Shown: positions 41,097 to 54,354 of the stretch, piece after piece
Layout of the letters: every line of letters begins with the position of its first letter
Position numbering within the stretch: the stretch's first letter is position 1
Assembly (NCBI GenBank): GCA_964016885.1
Contig: CAXHJY010000384.1
Coordinates: 62,001 to 126,000, forward strand
DNA length: 64,000 nt
Direction: 5' to 3'
Source: Eledone cirrhosa
Lineage: Eukaryota
Program-made: the position numbers and the translations under genes
The notes under the pieces: model-generated
Database searches by the model: none
Told to the model about the DNA's origin: nothing
What the model saw: only the letters and a program-made list of their open reading frames with translations

Positions 41097-41443
41097 TTTA
41101 TAAATGGAAAGTGACGTACAATTTGTAAAATGTTTTTAAAAAAAACAAACTCGAAATTCATTCGTTACACTTTGCAACTCGCATTCTACAAAGACTGCTA
41201 ACAACTATAATATATATACCCACACATTTACAAATACTATTTAAAACTTACATATAAGTAAAAGTCGATAATATGTCAGATTATCTAGGACGATATACTA
41301 ACTGCAGAAAGTCAAGATGTTGTCAACGAACAAATAAATCCAACTCAATAAACTATAAGTCTAATTTGTGATTTACTGAAGTTATTAAATATAACTTTTG
41401 AAATATTAATAAATCCACGAAGCTGTTTGTTAATTCAGAGATG

Positions 41444-41630
41444 TACGAGGGTCAGCTGAAAAGTTCATAGGCTAACTATGAAGGATTGATGCTAGAGCTG
41501 TGAAATCTTAATGTATATTCATTTCAACTCTTCTTATTGATAACTGAATTGATTCTTTCGAGGGACTATGTTGAAAAATAAACCTTACTTGGTCATTCCA
41601 TGAGAGTATCTTGGTCAACCGACGCTCGTA
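41444..41630. mobile_element. Mariner-like MITE (right TIR partly deleted)
   Basis: TA|CGAGGGTCAGCTGAAAAGTTCATAGGCT...; complete copy at 61364-61551; partial copies at 37495-37640 and 40546-40637. Confidence 0.75.
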
Positions 41631-41908
41631 TGTTGGTTCGTTGGCATTATCTGAATTTCTTCCTAGGTTAGCTTGGCTTTTCATCCTTATGGGTGTCGGT
41701 AAAATAAAGCACTAGTAACACACTGGGATCGATTTAATCGATTTTACTCCCCCCCCCCCCCTAAATTGTTGGCTTTGTGCCTAAATCAAAAACTATTATT
41801 TGAATTCCCGTTATTAAAATGCCGATAAACAGTCCCGATCGTCTAATTAACAGAGACGGAGAAAATATATCGATATTCAATGTAGTAGGAACCCTCCTCG
41901 ATTCTATA

Positions 41909-42202
41909 TACCGTATTTGCCGGACTACTGGACGCACTTAAAAAAAAAACTATTAAAAAATCTCCTGCTGGGAGGCTAAATGGAGAGTAAGGACAATTAT
42001 TGTTTAAAAAAAATATTTTATATTACTATTAGTATTATTAAGTCATACAATACAATTTATATAAGCAAAATGATGTCGGAAAAAAAAGAAATATTTTAAA
42101 AAATAAATTGAAGAAATGAACTAATTTTTTTTTTAAATGTCCATGTAAAACCAAGAGGGCGTCTTATACAAAGGTGCATCCAATAGACCAGCTAATACGG
42201 TA
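41909..42202. mobile_element. TA-flanked pogo/Tc2-like MITE
   Basis: TA|CCGTATTTGCCGGACTACTGGACGCAC ... GTGCATCCAATAGACCAGCTAATACGG|TA. Confidence 0.75.
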
Positions 42203-43109
42203 ATTCTCAACAGACATAAATATAAAGACAGACGACATGAGACAACAGATAACTAACTAAATAACTAACACATGTAAAACTAAGAGTTAGCTAAGTTTAC
42301 GTGTTTTGACCAAGGAACAAACCTTTGATAGTCTGTCTCTTTACACGATGGATGTCTTTTACCGGCTAAAAACAAAACGACAGGTAGCAGACAGCATAAC
42401 AAAGAATTCTTACTCATTGCAGCAACTACTTCTGTTATTTCAACGTTCTTTCATGGAGAGACAGAGAGAAAAAAAGTTTCCTTCCTGTGAGAAAAAAAAA
42501 AATGACTGAAGCAGGCGACACTAGATGAAGAGAGAGTGTGTGTGTGTGTGTCTGTCTTTATGTTATATACATATAAATGTATAGATGGAGAGATACATAC
42601 AACTGTACAGTTACTTCTAACCCCTCTCTTTCTTTGTGTGTGTGTAGAGAGAGAGGGGGGGGGCAAAGCAGTAGTGGAGAAAGGAAGGTGGGGGGAATAT
42701 GAGAGCGATAAAGACAATATAACAGGGAGTGAATTAAAGATACATACAAAACAGTCGATGATGAAAGAATGATAGGCAGAGTTAAGAGAAAGGATGGAGT
42801 AGCAATGTTAGAAAAAGAGACAAAACATACATATTTGATATGTCTGTGTATACGTGCATTTATATATGCATGTATGATAAAACTAAAAAAAGTTGAGATA
42901 AACAGAAAGGTCACATAAAGAGAAAGATAACACGGAGATTAAAAATGAAAGAAAAACATACGGTAAAACTAAATAATAGAGATTGTCGCAAGTATGGTCG
43001 TAGGATTAAGTAGCCTGATTCACAACCATGAGGTTCCGGGTTCGAGCGCAGTGCACAGCAATTTAGGAGAATATCTTCAACTCCAGGGTATTGATATGAC
43101 TAACTTACA

Positions 43110-43590
43110 TAATTGTTTCTACTTTTGGCACAAGGCCAGCAATTAATCCCAGTGCATTACTGGTACTTTATTTTATCGACCCCGTAAGGATGAAAGGCAA
43201 AGTTAACCTCGGCGGGATTTGAACTCAGAACGTAAAGGGACGTAACTATGCTGGAAAGCCTGTCCGACCCTCTATCGATACTGCCAAACTTACATAATAA
43301 TTGTTTCTACTTTTGGCACAAGGCCAGCAATTACCCAGTACATTACTGCCGCAAGGCATGTTGTCCGACGCTCTACCGATATTGGCAATTCAACAAACTC
43401 AAATTATAATGATTATAATTAATTATAATGATTTCTAATGTTTGAGGGGAGGGAAAAATCGATTTTACTCGTCACCAGTATTTGACTAGTACTTTATTTT
43501 ATCGACCCTGAAAGGATGAGAGGCAAAGTTGACCTCGGCGGGATTTGAACTGTAACTAAATGCTGCAAAACATTGTCCAACGCCATAAAC
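43110..43590 (-). mobile_element. Stack of Nin/Deu-domain SINE copies
   Basis: Full copy 43110-43287 flanked by aacttacataat, deleted copy 43299-43392, older copy 43430-43590. Confidence 0.8.
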
Positions 43591-43694
43591 AGTTGTGACA
43601 GAAAAGATGGTAAAGAAAGAATGGGGAAGTCGTCGTAACGCCCCGCCAACCATATCTCTTATCCTCACAGGGAACACAGATCACAGTAGCTGTC

Positions 43695-43836
43695 GAATAC
43701 GCGCTTTTCGCTGGAGAAATTCTCGTTTCCGCAGTTCGTCTGTTCGTCATCCTTTGTTATGGACATCAATAACAAAGGATGTTACGAACTGACAAGTTGT
43801 AGAAATGAGAATTTCATCAGCGAAACGCGCGTATTC
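43695..43836 (+). other. Imperfect long hairpin (arms about 67 nt, 8-nt loop)
   Basis: gaatacgcgcttttcgctggagaaattctc...catcctttgttat / ataacaaaggatg...gagaatttcatcagcgaaacgcgcgtattc. Confidence 0.8.
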
Positions 43837-43930
43837 ACATTAAAATGTGAATTCAAATTAAATCTTGTGTACATACGTACGCGCGCGCGAGCACACACCA
43901 CATATATATATTCATATATATTATCATATG

Positions 43931-43973
<43 letters not shown>

Positions 43974-44017
43974 CATCATTGCAGCTGGTTGTAGACCTGG
44001 CTTTTAAACAGGAAGAC

Positions 44018-44172
44018 TTTTAAGTCCTTTTAACTGACACACTTGACCTAACCTATGTGTTTGAGTGAGTGCATGTGCATGTATGTTTTTATACATACAT
44101 ACATAGGCACAGTGGTCTCACAAAGTCACACACACCAAGTTAGGTCAAGTGTGTCAGCTGAAAGAACATAAA
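44018..44172. repeat. Short inverted-repeat element (arms about 34 bp, MITE-like)
   Basis: ctgacacacttgacctaac ... gttaggtcaagtgtgtcag. Confidence 0.7.
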
Positions 44173-44839
44173 CCCCTTTTTTGTAACAAACCACCCGAAA
44201 CCGCCTTTGGTTCTTTGATACAAAACTGTGTTTAAGAGTGTTTATATTTCTCTAAACACTTTCCATTTTATGTAAGAATCTTTGTTTGGTGGTTGTCAAC
44301 AAGTAGCAACACTCACCAAAATTAGATATTAGAAATAAGTGAATGCCAATTGAACAGACGCCAAAGATAAAGTACCTCAGGTGTATTCAATCAGAAAAAA
44401 AGGAAATGTAAAAGAGAAACCAAAAGAAGAGTTGGGATTGCGAGAAAGTCATCTGAAAAAAAATGTCTTGTAAACTTACACCAAAAACATCAATATAGGC
44501 TTATATAAAAAGATTATTAGAAACCAGGCAATCCCAAAACAAGCCATTCTTCCATTAAATGTTTATAGGTTAGACAACAGTAATATAATTAATATAAATA
44601 GAACTGTGGTCAATACAGACCACTGCCACAATGAATATATACCTGGACAATGTGGAAAGCCCTCGCTAAGACACAAACCACCATCGTTACCACAATGAAT
44701 ATATACCTGGACAATGTGGGAGAACCCTCTCCAACAATACACAGACCACCACCATCACTACCACAATGATATATGCCTGGATAATGCAGGGAAATGCTTT
44801 CTGACCTGCAGAACTCCATGTGCATGCCACATCATCACA

Positions 44840-45030
44840 GTCACTACAGACAGAATAGAGACAGCAATAGAAGATAGCAATGGAGTTGCATTGAAATAGC
44901 TATTATTCCAACTTGCAAAGCTCACTTCTGCTGGTGGCCAACTCCATCCCGATATCAGTCAGTAGGGCGGAGGTTCAGGGACCAAGAACACCAGAAGTCT
45001 CCACTGCTATAGGTTCAAATGCATAATCCT
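44840..45030 (-). mobile_element. CRE-clade 3' fragment
   Basis: DYAFEPIAVETSGVLGP*TSALLTDIGMELA...LFQ, homologous to 36340-36560. Confidence 0.7.
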
Positions 45031-45084
45031 CTTGACTAATATAGAGCTGAAACATGTACATGAACAAAAATACTATCAAATTAA

Positions 45085-45330
45085 TAATCTATATGTAGAG
45101 GCATACAGAAAATATTTGAGAATATCGGGGACAAAACACAAAACTAATGAAATATTAACAAAAACAAAAACATTTGTTCCATACCATGAAAGGGAGAAAA
45201 CTAAAATATTTTGGACACTTAGTAAAAAAGGCTTACAGAGACTGTTAATAGAAGGCAATATGAAGAGAGGAAGAAGAAAACGAAAAATTATGTGGATGGG
45301 TAATATCAAGAATTGGACAGGTTTAAAATG
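45085..45330 (+). mobile_element. RTE/BovB-like LINE 3' fragment
   Basis: EAYRKYLRIS..KHKTNEIL...GLQRLLIEGNMKRGRRKRKIMWMGNIKNWTGL. Confidence 0.6.
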
Positions 45331-45399
45331 CAGTGCAAATATAAAGCAATGGTTCTCAGATGGGAGACACTTGGGGAAGAATCCAAACTGGGAAAGAAT

Positions 45400-45656
45400 A
45401 ATGTATATTGTGTATATATATCCAACTATTGTGTATAGTGTACATATATATCAAATAAAATACCAATATATTCAAATATTATGTATATATCAAATGAAAT
45501 ACCAATATAGCCAACTATAGTGTATATTGTATATATATCAAATAAAATACCAATATACACAACTATAGTGTATATTGTATATATATCAAATAAAATACCA
45601 ATATACCCGTGTATATTGTATATATATCAAATAAAATACCAATATACCCAACTATA
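45400..45656. repeat. About 46-bp AT-rich minisatellite, 5-6 copies
   Basis: gtgtatattgtatatatatcaaataaaataccaatata...caactata repeated. Confidence 0.85.
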
Positions 45657-46166
45657 AGGATGATTATGAATTAACAGTTCATCAAAAACTGCTGCTTCAG
45701 ATTTATTCCTGCTTGGGATTATACAATTATTGAGGTTTAAAAAACTTAGTCATGTTAATATGGTACTCAGGTTAAAAAAATTACTAGATGCATTTAAAGC
45801 TGAGAAGGAATTGAAGAAACCTGTGCAAGGGTAGAAATGTAGCTTGGGTCTCTGAGAGCCACTGGTAAGAGGACAATACAAAATAGACCAAGATAGCACT
45901 CCATGGTACTGAACCTGTTGAAAATATATGATACTCAATAATGATATGGCCAACTACAATATATATTATTTCTGTTCATACACAGTGCTACCTAAGGTTT
46001 CATGGTCCAATTTTGACCGTCTCTCCAGGTTGTAAGAACAATTGAATTTGTGACCTAGTCACCAGGTGCTTGAACAAGTTTGAAAATAGATAAATAATAT
46101 ATCAGCTCTCATATCTAATTGAGCATTGTTTTTTCATATCCACTAATATTTTACAACACACACACA

Positions 46167-46208
<42 letters not shown>

Positions 46209-46876
46209 AGGTGTGTGTGTACACTTTACTTGACATTTCAAATATGTATATAAGTTGAGTCATAATTAGTTTACTGTTAAGGGTTGTGAATAAACGGGAA
46301 ACCATGGTGTTATTTAATTTTATTCCAAAGGTAATATATAGGTAATTCATATAAGTTTATGTACTAATATTAAATGTTTGAAGTGTTACCCATTTGTAAG
46401 TATGCCAATATTATGTTGTTTTGTTGTTGTTTATTGTAATCAATAAGCTGATTGTGGTTTACTCTGTACATACTTTCTTACTCACACATGAAGTGTAATG
46501 TATGCTTATTTTAAACCATTTCATGGCTGTATTTCTAATGAAATACATTCAATTAATTACTTAAGAAATATGAGGGATTTACTAAAATTATTAATTATTT
46601 CATAACTACTATAGTAACTTGATATATAGTACTTATCTAAAATTATGCTGGGAAATTTTAGTTTAACTCTTTACCATTTACATTACTCTATATTTACTAC
46701 TATATTTTCACGGTAAAGGCTTTACCTCACATAATTATACACAATTCTATTTTCAGAGTGTCGGCGGCCCGTCTGAGGAGGGAGCCCCGTGAGGTTGGGT
46801 GGCAAACTACAGCCACCTCTTTTAAATGTCTCTCTATCGATGGATGGATGGATGGATGCATGCATGCATGCATACA

Positions 46877-47319
46877 AGGAGCTCTTAAGAGTCAATGGCC
46901 ATCCAAAATCACCGGGAGAGATGACCCCTTAGCCTTTGTCAAGGCAGAATTCTAGGAGAAGGAAAACTCTGATATAACACCTGCAACCCTGATGGTATCC
47001 AATGATGTTGACTTGTTCTTCTTTTTGGTAAATATCATCTTGGTTAAGAGAGTGGGACTGGCTTTGTGCAGTGCCTTTGCTCACTATAAAAGCTTCACGG
47101 CACAGGCATTGCTTTATATCTGGAGATCTCTCTGCACTTGTCATCACATGGTACCATGGGCCCAGCACTATGTGTCAATAATTGTCACAAGTGTAGTGTT
47201 TGTACCAGAGTTTTCAAGTCGCTGGCTGGACTAAAAGTCACTCGTTCAGCGCATCGGTAGGGGTTCTCCTACATGGATATAAAGTAGTGGCCGTACTCGA
47301 AAACGAGTTGGCAGCCACC
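46877..47319 (+). mobile_element. RTE-derived bipartite element, copy 2 (5'-truncated), nested in a TTAA MITE
   Basis: Near-identical to about 5855-6300; preceded by (GATG)/(ATGC) repeats, followed by (GT)n. Confidence 0.8.
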
Positions 47320-47410
<91 letters not shown>

Positions 47411-47775
47411 TATTATTATACTACACTCAGTCTAGCTCTACACCTCGATTATCTCACAGCTATGATATTTTGATGTTATTAATTTTGAGAACAATACCTT
47501 AACATTGGTAAGAGAGGCTGATTACAGCCGGTTTGAATAGAAAGAGGTGAGCGAATTCTGGCCGAATATGGCTGGTTTAAATGCTAAAGAGTTAAACAGG
47601 AAAGCTTTAAAATTGGTGGTTTTGTTTTATAGGACCATGTTGGTTTTGGCAGGGTCCGTAACGAAAGGGTAAATAAACATGCAATTTTAGCCTCACTGTG
47701 AGAGTAATCCGATCTTATCCAATCCTCAGCCATCCAGTGAAACGCTCCTAAGGTTTTCAGTTGTGCAAGTAGTAG

Positions 47776-49188
47776 GAGAAGCAAGGTGCTACTCTATGTA
47801 TTCTCAGAAACAAGGTGCTACTCTATGTGTTCTCAGAAACAAGGTGCTACTCTATGTGTTCTCAGAAACAAGGTGCTACTCTATGTGTTCTCAGAAACAA
47901 GGTGCTACTCTATGTGTTCTCAGAAACAAGGTGCTACTCTATGTGTTCTCAGAAACAAGGTGCTACTCTATGTGTTCTCAGAAACAAGGTGCTATTCTAT
48001 GTATTCTCAGAAAAAAAGTGCTACTCTATGTGTTCTCAGAAACAAGGTGCTACTCTATGTGTTCTCAGAAACAAGGTGCTACTCTATGTGTTCTCAGAAA
48101 CAAGGTGCTACTCTATGTGTTCTCAGAAACAAGGTGCTACTCTATGTGTTCTCAGAAACAAGGTGCTATTCTATGTGTTCTCAGAAACAAGGTGCTACTC
48201 TATGTGTTCTCAGAAACAAGGTGCTACTCTATGTGTTCTCAGAAACAAGGTGCTACTCTATGTGTTCTCAGAAACAAGGTGCTACTCTATGTGTTCTCAG
48301 AAACAAGGTGCTACTCTATGTGTTCTCAGAAACAAGGTGCTATTCTATGTGTTCCCAGAAACAAGGTGCTATTCTATGTGTTCTCAGAAACAAGGTGCTA
48401 CTCTATGTGTTCTCAGAAACAAGGTGCTACTCTATGTGTTCTCAGAAACAAGGTGCTATTCTATGTGTTCTCAGAAACAAGGTGCTACTCTATGTGTTCT
48501 CAGAAACAAGGTGCTACTCTATGTGTTCCCAGAAACAAGGTGCTACTCTGTGTTCTCAGAAACAAGGTGCTACTCTATGTGTTCTCAGAAACAAGGAGCT
48601 ACTCTATGTGTTCCCAGAAACAAGGTGCTACTCTATGTGTTCTCAGAAACAAGGTGCTACTCTATGTGTTCTCAGAAACAAGGTGCTATTCTATGTGTTC
48701 TCAGAAACAAGGTGCTACTCTGTGTTCTCAGAAACAAGGTGCTACTCTGTGTGTTCTCAGAAACAAGGTGCTATTCTATGTGTTCTCAGAAACAAGGTGC
48801 TACTCTATGTGTTCTCAGAAACAAGGTGCTACTCTATGTGTTCTCAGAAACAAGGTGCTATTCTATGTGTTCTCAGAAACAAGGTGCTACTCTGTGTTCT
48901 CAGAAACAAGGTGCTATTCTATGTATTCTCAGAAACAAGGTGCTATTCTATGTGTTCTCAGAAACAAGGTGCTACTCTATGTGTTCTCAGAAACAAGGTG
49001 CTATTCTATGTGTTCTCAGAAACAAGGTGCTACTCTGTGTTCTCAGAAACAAGGTGCTATTCTATGTATTCTCAGAAACAAGGTGCTACTCTGTGTTCTC
49101 AGAAACAAGGTGCTATTCTATGTATTCTCAGAAACAAGGTGCTATTCTATGTATTCTCAGAAACAAGGTGCTATTCTATGTGTTCTCA
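47776..49188. repeat. 29-bp minisatellite, about 49 units
   Basis: Unit AGAAACAAGGTGCTACTCTATGTGTTCTC with C/T, G/A and 27-bp (minus TA) variants; no spacers; explains the 466-497 aa ORFs. Confidence 0.97.
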
Positions 49189-50631
49189 AAATTGATTATC
49201 GACCGCAGTACTTGATTGGTACTTTATTTTTTCGACCACAAAAGGATGAAAACTAAAGTTGATCACAGTGGGATTTGAATGCAGAATGTAAAGGGCCATA
49301 ATGATACATGAAAGTTTGTCTGACACTCTACCAATACTACCAATCAACCATGTGAAAGAATAAAGTGTCTTGCTGAAGAATACAATGTGCTGCTCTCCAC
49401 CTGAGTGAACTGTAGCTATGTGAAATAGTATCTTGCTGAAGAACACAACGGGAATTGAACACACATCACAATAATGAACCCAAGACTATAATCAGTCAAC
49501 CATGCATTTTCGCAAAAAAAAATACTCAGATTAATTAATTTTTTTTTCTGTCCACTGAGATAAACCTTTTAGCAAAACAGATACATTTAGGGGTAGAGGG
49601 TGTACCTTGATGGTGGTGTAGAGTGGGATGGTATGTTCCTATATGATGCAGAGCAGCAGGGTAGGAACAATTAATGTAAGGCAACATTCATACCACCTCC
49701 CTGTAACGTTTTTCAAGATAGGGGGTGTCTGGCTTCCAGATGTTGCCATGTCTGGGCGGGTCCCCTACGTGTTAGTGCCAGACATACTGATGGGAAGCAG
49801 TTTCTACAAAATGCATCACCAAGTGATGAAGAACACACACATTCCTTGAGTTACCATGGTTACTAGAGATAGGGGACACGCACATGGGGATTAAACAGGT
49901 GCATAGGAGGTGTGTAGTGGGGTGCAGTGGAAGAAATTACTGAATTTATGATGCAGAGTGGGGTAGGGGTGACAGGTGATAGTTTTCGTAGGGAAGGGTG
50001 GAAACAGAAAGAGATAGGGAGGAAGGGGTAAATTATGAAGAAAGGAAATAAGTGTGGGTGGGTAGAAAATGAAGTGGAATGAAATATACAGGAAAGAAAG
50101 TAAAAATATGGAATGAGAAAGTAGTATGGATGGAGGGGGGGGGGGGGGGAGATGGGAAGAGGAGAGGTCAGGGGGTATATATGGTGTTAGTGAGAGGTTG
50201 AAAGAGATTATATACACATTTGAATCGACAACAGTTCTTGTTGTTTAGCCTCGGGTCAGACTTGAAAAAGTTAAGATGTTCCAACCACGACCACACCACA
50301 TCACATTCAGTTTATCTAGGACTACATTTTTCATTTTCTAAGACGCTAGAATGTGATTTGATAGAAATTTGGTTACTATTTCTAGTAGGTCCTATGACCG
50401 TGTAGAGGCTGACTCATTGGTTTGTGAGGTTCCATCACTGGCTTCAGGTTTTTGTTGTTTAGGTCTTGGGCAGCTATGATTACGTAGATCTATAACTAAA
50501 GCCATTCCAGTCAGAAGCATCTCTCTCTCTCTCTTTGTTTATGTTTTTACATGTAGTGTACCCTATTATCCAAAGTGTCTTTCCTTTTTAAAGTGTGTAA
50601 TTCGAGGGGAAATTGGCAGCTATTTTTAACA

Positions 50632-53210
50632 GGTCGAGCCACCACATGCTTAATAACCTCGTTAAGGGCAGCATGGCATGGAAGGCGGCCAGCACTATGG
50701 CAACAGGAAAGAAGAGTGGAGTCCGAAAGAGTCCACAATGGATCCACAGCGACATTTATGTGGCTCGCAGATCCGGAGTCCAAGCCTCAAGGAAACGCCG
50801 ATGCACAGGCTATCGTTATCCAGCTGCGTGCCAGTGGAGAAGGCGGGCAAGGCATGGAGCCAGGAGGCCGCGCTGAAACAAGCAAGGCGGTGCTGGCGCA
50901 TGAGCCTGTCTGAGGCCAGGCTGCACTGGATGGCATCCCATACGCTTTGGGGGGACTTGACGTCAGCACGGGGAGAAAGAGGAGGGATGCCTACCATGCT
51001 AAGTCCCAGCCTGTCCCACGTCTCACAGGCAACTCACGTTCCCTGAACACAGAGGGTTCTATTGTGTTTTGGAGAACCCTGCTGAGGAGGATGCGGCATG
51101 AGGTTACTGTTGAAAGAAACGCTGGCAAGGCCAGCAAGATCGAGGACCAGAGGCCAAGGCCGCCATATCTGACAGGTAAAGTGTCCTGTTGCCATCCAAT
51201 GTCGTCAAACCTGACGTTGCATATCTCCTCAGCTGCTGCTCGGATACAAGTATCGAGGTCAGCGAGGAGAGATGCGTGGCTGTAGCACGGAGCGCTGCAA
51301 AGGGTGTAGAGGAGCTTCAGCATGGCGAAGCAGTTCTTCAACAGGAAGAGAGCTGGGTGGCCATCGATCAAGCCCAGTCGGCTCATGAGGGTCTGGAGTT
51401 GTTGGAACCTAGACCTGATAGTGGAGTGGATGGCCGGCGAGTGGATCAGTGACCAGAGGATGAGGACATCCTCTTTGAGGGTCACCTGTACTTGGTGGAG
51501 ATTGGACCACACATCCAAGACGGAGGCGGCAAAGATCTCAGCATCATAGCTGACATTCACCACCTCCGACTTGGACGAGTTGACCTGGAGGTCGATCCCG
51601 CCAGAGCAGGAACCATCGATTGAAGGTCATGGCAGACAGTTTCCACGGGCCCACCCAGTGTAGCATCATCCAGGTACCAAACGTTGAGATGGGCCGTGAT
51701 ACTCCGGGCAATGTGGTCTATACCGAGGGTAAACAGGAGGGGGCCCAAAGGGTCGCCCTGTTGAACACCAGTGGCCGAAGGTATGACCGTATCAGCAGCA
51801 AGGAGCATGCTTGGGGCTCCATATGACAAGTAGGCCAGCGGGTAAGCAGAGGGGGCTCGGCTAAGGCAGGCATTGACTGGATGGTCCCGGCATATACAGT
51901 AAAAGGCATTCCTCATGTCAAGCTTGACAATGAGGTGCCTGGAGTCCCTGGATGCCGGTTCCGGTGGGCAACTATTGAAGAACTGCCTGGTTGCATGTGA
52001 GGCCCTCTCACAGCCACCAGACACGCTGACACCCAGTTGCACCTGACTGAACTCTTCACCCAGTTCAGGTGTTATGGACATGCAGACCACCTCAGCAGCC
52101 AACCTCCGGAAGACATTGCCCACAGCAATGGGGCGTATGCCACCTTTCTTCCTGAGAGCGGTCAGGCTTACCGAAAAAAAGAGGCCTCGGGCGTGAGGAT
52201 CCAGGGCGCCATGGATAAGCCTATTGGTGAGTTCCACAATTGCACTCAGAAGGTTACGCCCGGCCTCAGCAGAGAGGTGGGATAGCAACTCCTTAAGGTG
52301 GCCTGGTCGGAGACCATCAGCACTTCCGCTGCTGCTAACTTGGAAGGACTTGATGGCAGACATGATATCTGCATTGGAAGCCACAAGGAGCAGGTGGGGT
52401 ATGGGTCGGAGGTCAGCGGGTGGCTCAGGGTGCTTGAGTCACAGGGCAGCCAGGACCTCCTCGGTGGGTTGGAGGACAGTGTCCTCTGAGGCAACCACTC
52501 TGACTGCAGCTATGACATCACCCATGATAAGTTTAGCATTTACGTGGTCGTGCAAACGGGTGGAGGATTGGAGGCACCCGAGAGCAGGGGTTGTGGCGTC
52601 CTTCAGCATGCTTGGAATGGGCGCTTGCCCAAAGGAAGAAAAATTAGCCTTGACAAAGGTTGCTGTCGACAGGCCACCTCAGTCAGCGCCAGAGCTGGGG
52701 AGGCCGAGGGTGAGTGGAGCGGAATAGAAGAGGTGCTCCCAGTCACTGGCTCGATTGGAGTCCAGAGCCCTCTCGATCGAGGAAGCGAGGGCATCGGCTA
52801 CCGGCACCCAGGCCGCTCTCGGGATCCTGAGCAGAATCTTCCGGAGCCGCCTGAGCCAAGCGATGTTGACCAGTGCGGTTTGGGCATGAGGCATGCTCGA
52901 TGTCTCATCTGGTGGAGTGCCAGATGGCTGTGGCTGGGCAGACGAGGGGAAGAGAGTTTCTGCATCTCCACACTGCGAGGGCACTGGAAGCTCGACGCAT
53001 CAAACCAACAGTGGTGTGGCCCCTCTTCTGTCTGTTTGTGGTGCTGCAAGTGCTGCAGATGTTGACTGGTGGGCGTGGAGCCAGGGACTGGGGCACCAAG
53101 CGGCATCAGGGGTGAGTGACTGGTTGTCACCAGCCTAGGTGCTAGGCACAACTGCACATGGGTGGAAGGGAAAGTGTTGGTATGAGTGAGGCCTCATAGC
53201 TCACCTACAT
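50632..53210 (-). mobile_element. CRE-clade non-LTR retrotransposon: N-terminal region, RT and zinc knuckle, frameshifted and lacking RLE
   Basis: LLRIPRAA; GDVIAAVRVVAS...LKHP; DGLRPGHLK; GIRPIAVGNVFRRL; QLGV; KLDMRNAF; GVQQGDPLGPLLF; WYLDDATLGG; LPVRYGGLGL; CEPHKCRCG...GLH; HAALNEVIK. Confidence 0.9.
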
Positions 53211-54251
53211 CAGATATGGAGGCAACAGAAGACAAGATAAAAGAGAAGGGGGGTTGCATGGAGGGGGGGGGGGGGGCACGAAAGTAGAAAGTTAGCAAAT
53301 AAATAAATGAATGAATGAATGTACAAAAAAAACACAGGGGGTTGTTCCCAGCGGAATGACCCAAAGGTTGTTATTGTCACTGATGCTGGAGTTGGCTTCC
53401 TCTTGTTAATGGTGGTGGTAATGATTGCTGGTAAGATGTTGGTGTATACACACATATGTTGTTGTTATTGTCACTGCCGCTGTCGTATCTTTCCTCTTGT
53501 TAATGGTAGTTGATACCGATACCTATTTCGGCTGCCAGGCCGGTTGCTAGGGCTCGAATGCCTTCTTTCACCGAAGATGCTGTATCGTTGTTATTGTCAC
53601 TGTTGCTGTCGTTGACTTCCTCTTGGTAATGGTAGTGATAATTCTTGGTGCCATCTATTTCGGCTGTCAAGCTGGCTGCAGAATCAGCTTCTGTTTACAT
53701 TTTCGCATATATCTTAACGATATTCTCAATGGACGCCCTTACAATATTTGAATATAATTGCACCGTTGTATCATTTAATTTGAAAAGTGTTCTCAGATGG
53801 CTGCTGTATAAACGCAACCACAGTATTTCTCTTCACCTAAAACAACTTTGACACAGAGGACATAAGAATTGAAGTGAAAACTGGGTCCAGGAGTCCTCAT
53901 TGTCAGTCTGCTTTCCTTCACCTGCGTATTCTTCAATCAGTATCATCTTTATATTTACATGCAAACTTTTTTCCCTTTCAAGCGAACCATCAGATATGTA
54001 TCAACCGCTTGCTAACTTATTGAATGTATGCTTTTATTGATCTTATTAAAAATATGTAACTAAATATTGTAAGGCAATTTGTCAGTTGGACATTTGAATT
54101 CAATAATTATATGACTCGTGTTTCACTTTGCTCATTTGATATGCGTAAAAGCCTATACAAGAAGAATTTGAACTTATATAGTATTTAGTTTCCACCCACA
54201 ACGTTCTATCATCATCATCACCGTTTTCCGTCCATTTTTCCATGCTATATA

Positions 54252-54340
54252 TACAGGGTGTCCCGGAAAATGTATACACACTATATATATCAATATATAT
54301 ATATATATAGGGTGTCCCAAAAAATGTATACACATATTTA
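54252..54340 (+). mobile_element. Two tandem Tc1-like terminal repeats
   Basis: ta-cagggtgtcccggaaaatgtatacac and ta-tagggtgtcccaaaaaatgtatacac separated by (TA)n. Confidence 0.5.
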
Positions 54341-54354
54341 TTAGAATGCGTGCA

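Noticed and set aside
45821-45914. Signal-peptide-like exon (MECYLGLFCIVLLPVALRD...) on the minus strand
   Set aside because: Weak donor, no partner exon, and the neighbouring apparent exon is a CRE fragment
47776-49188. CRISPR-like array of 29-bp repeats, or 466-497 aa proteins
   Set aside because: Units are contiguous with no unique spacers, there are no cas genes and the context is eukaryotic; the ORFs arise from a stop-free repeat unit
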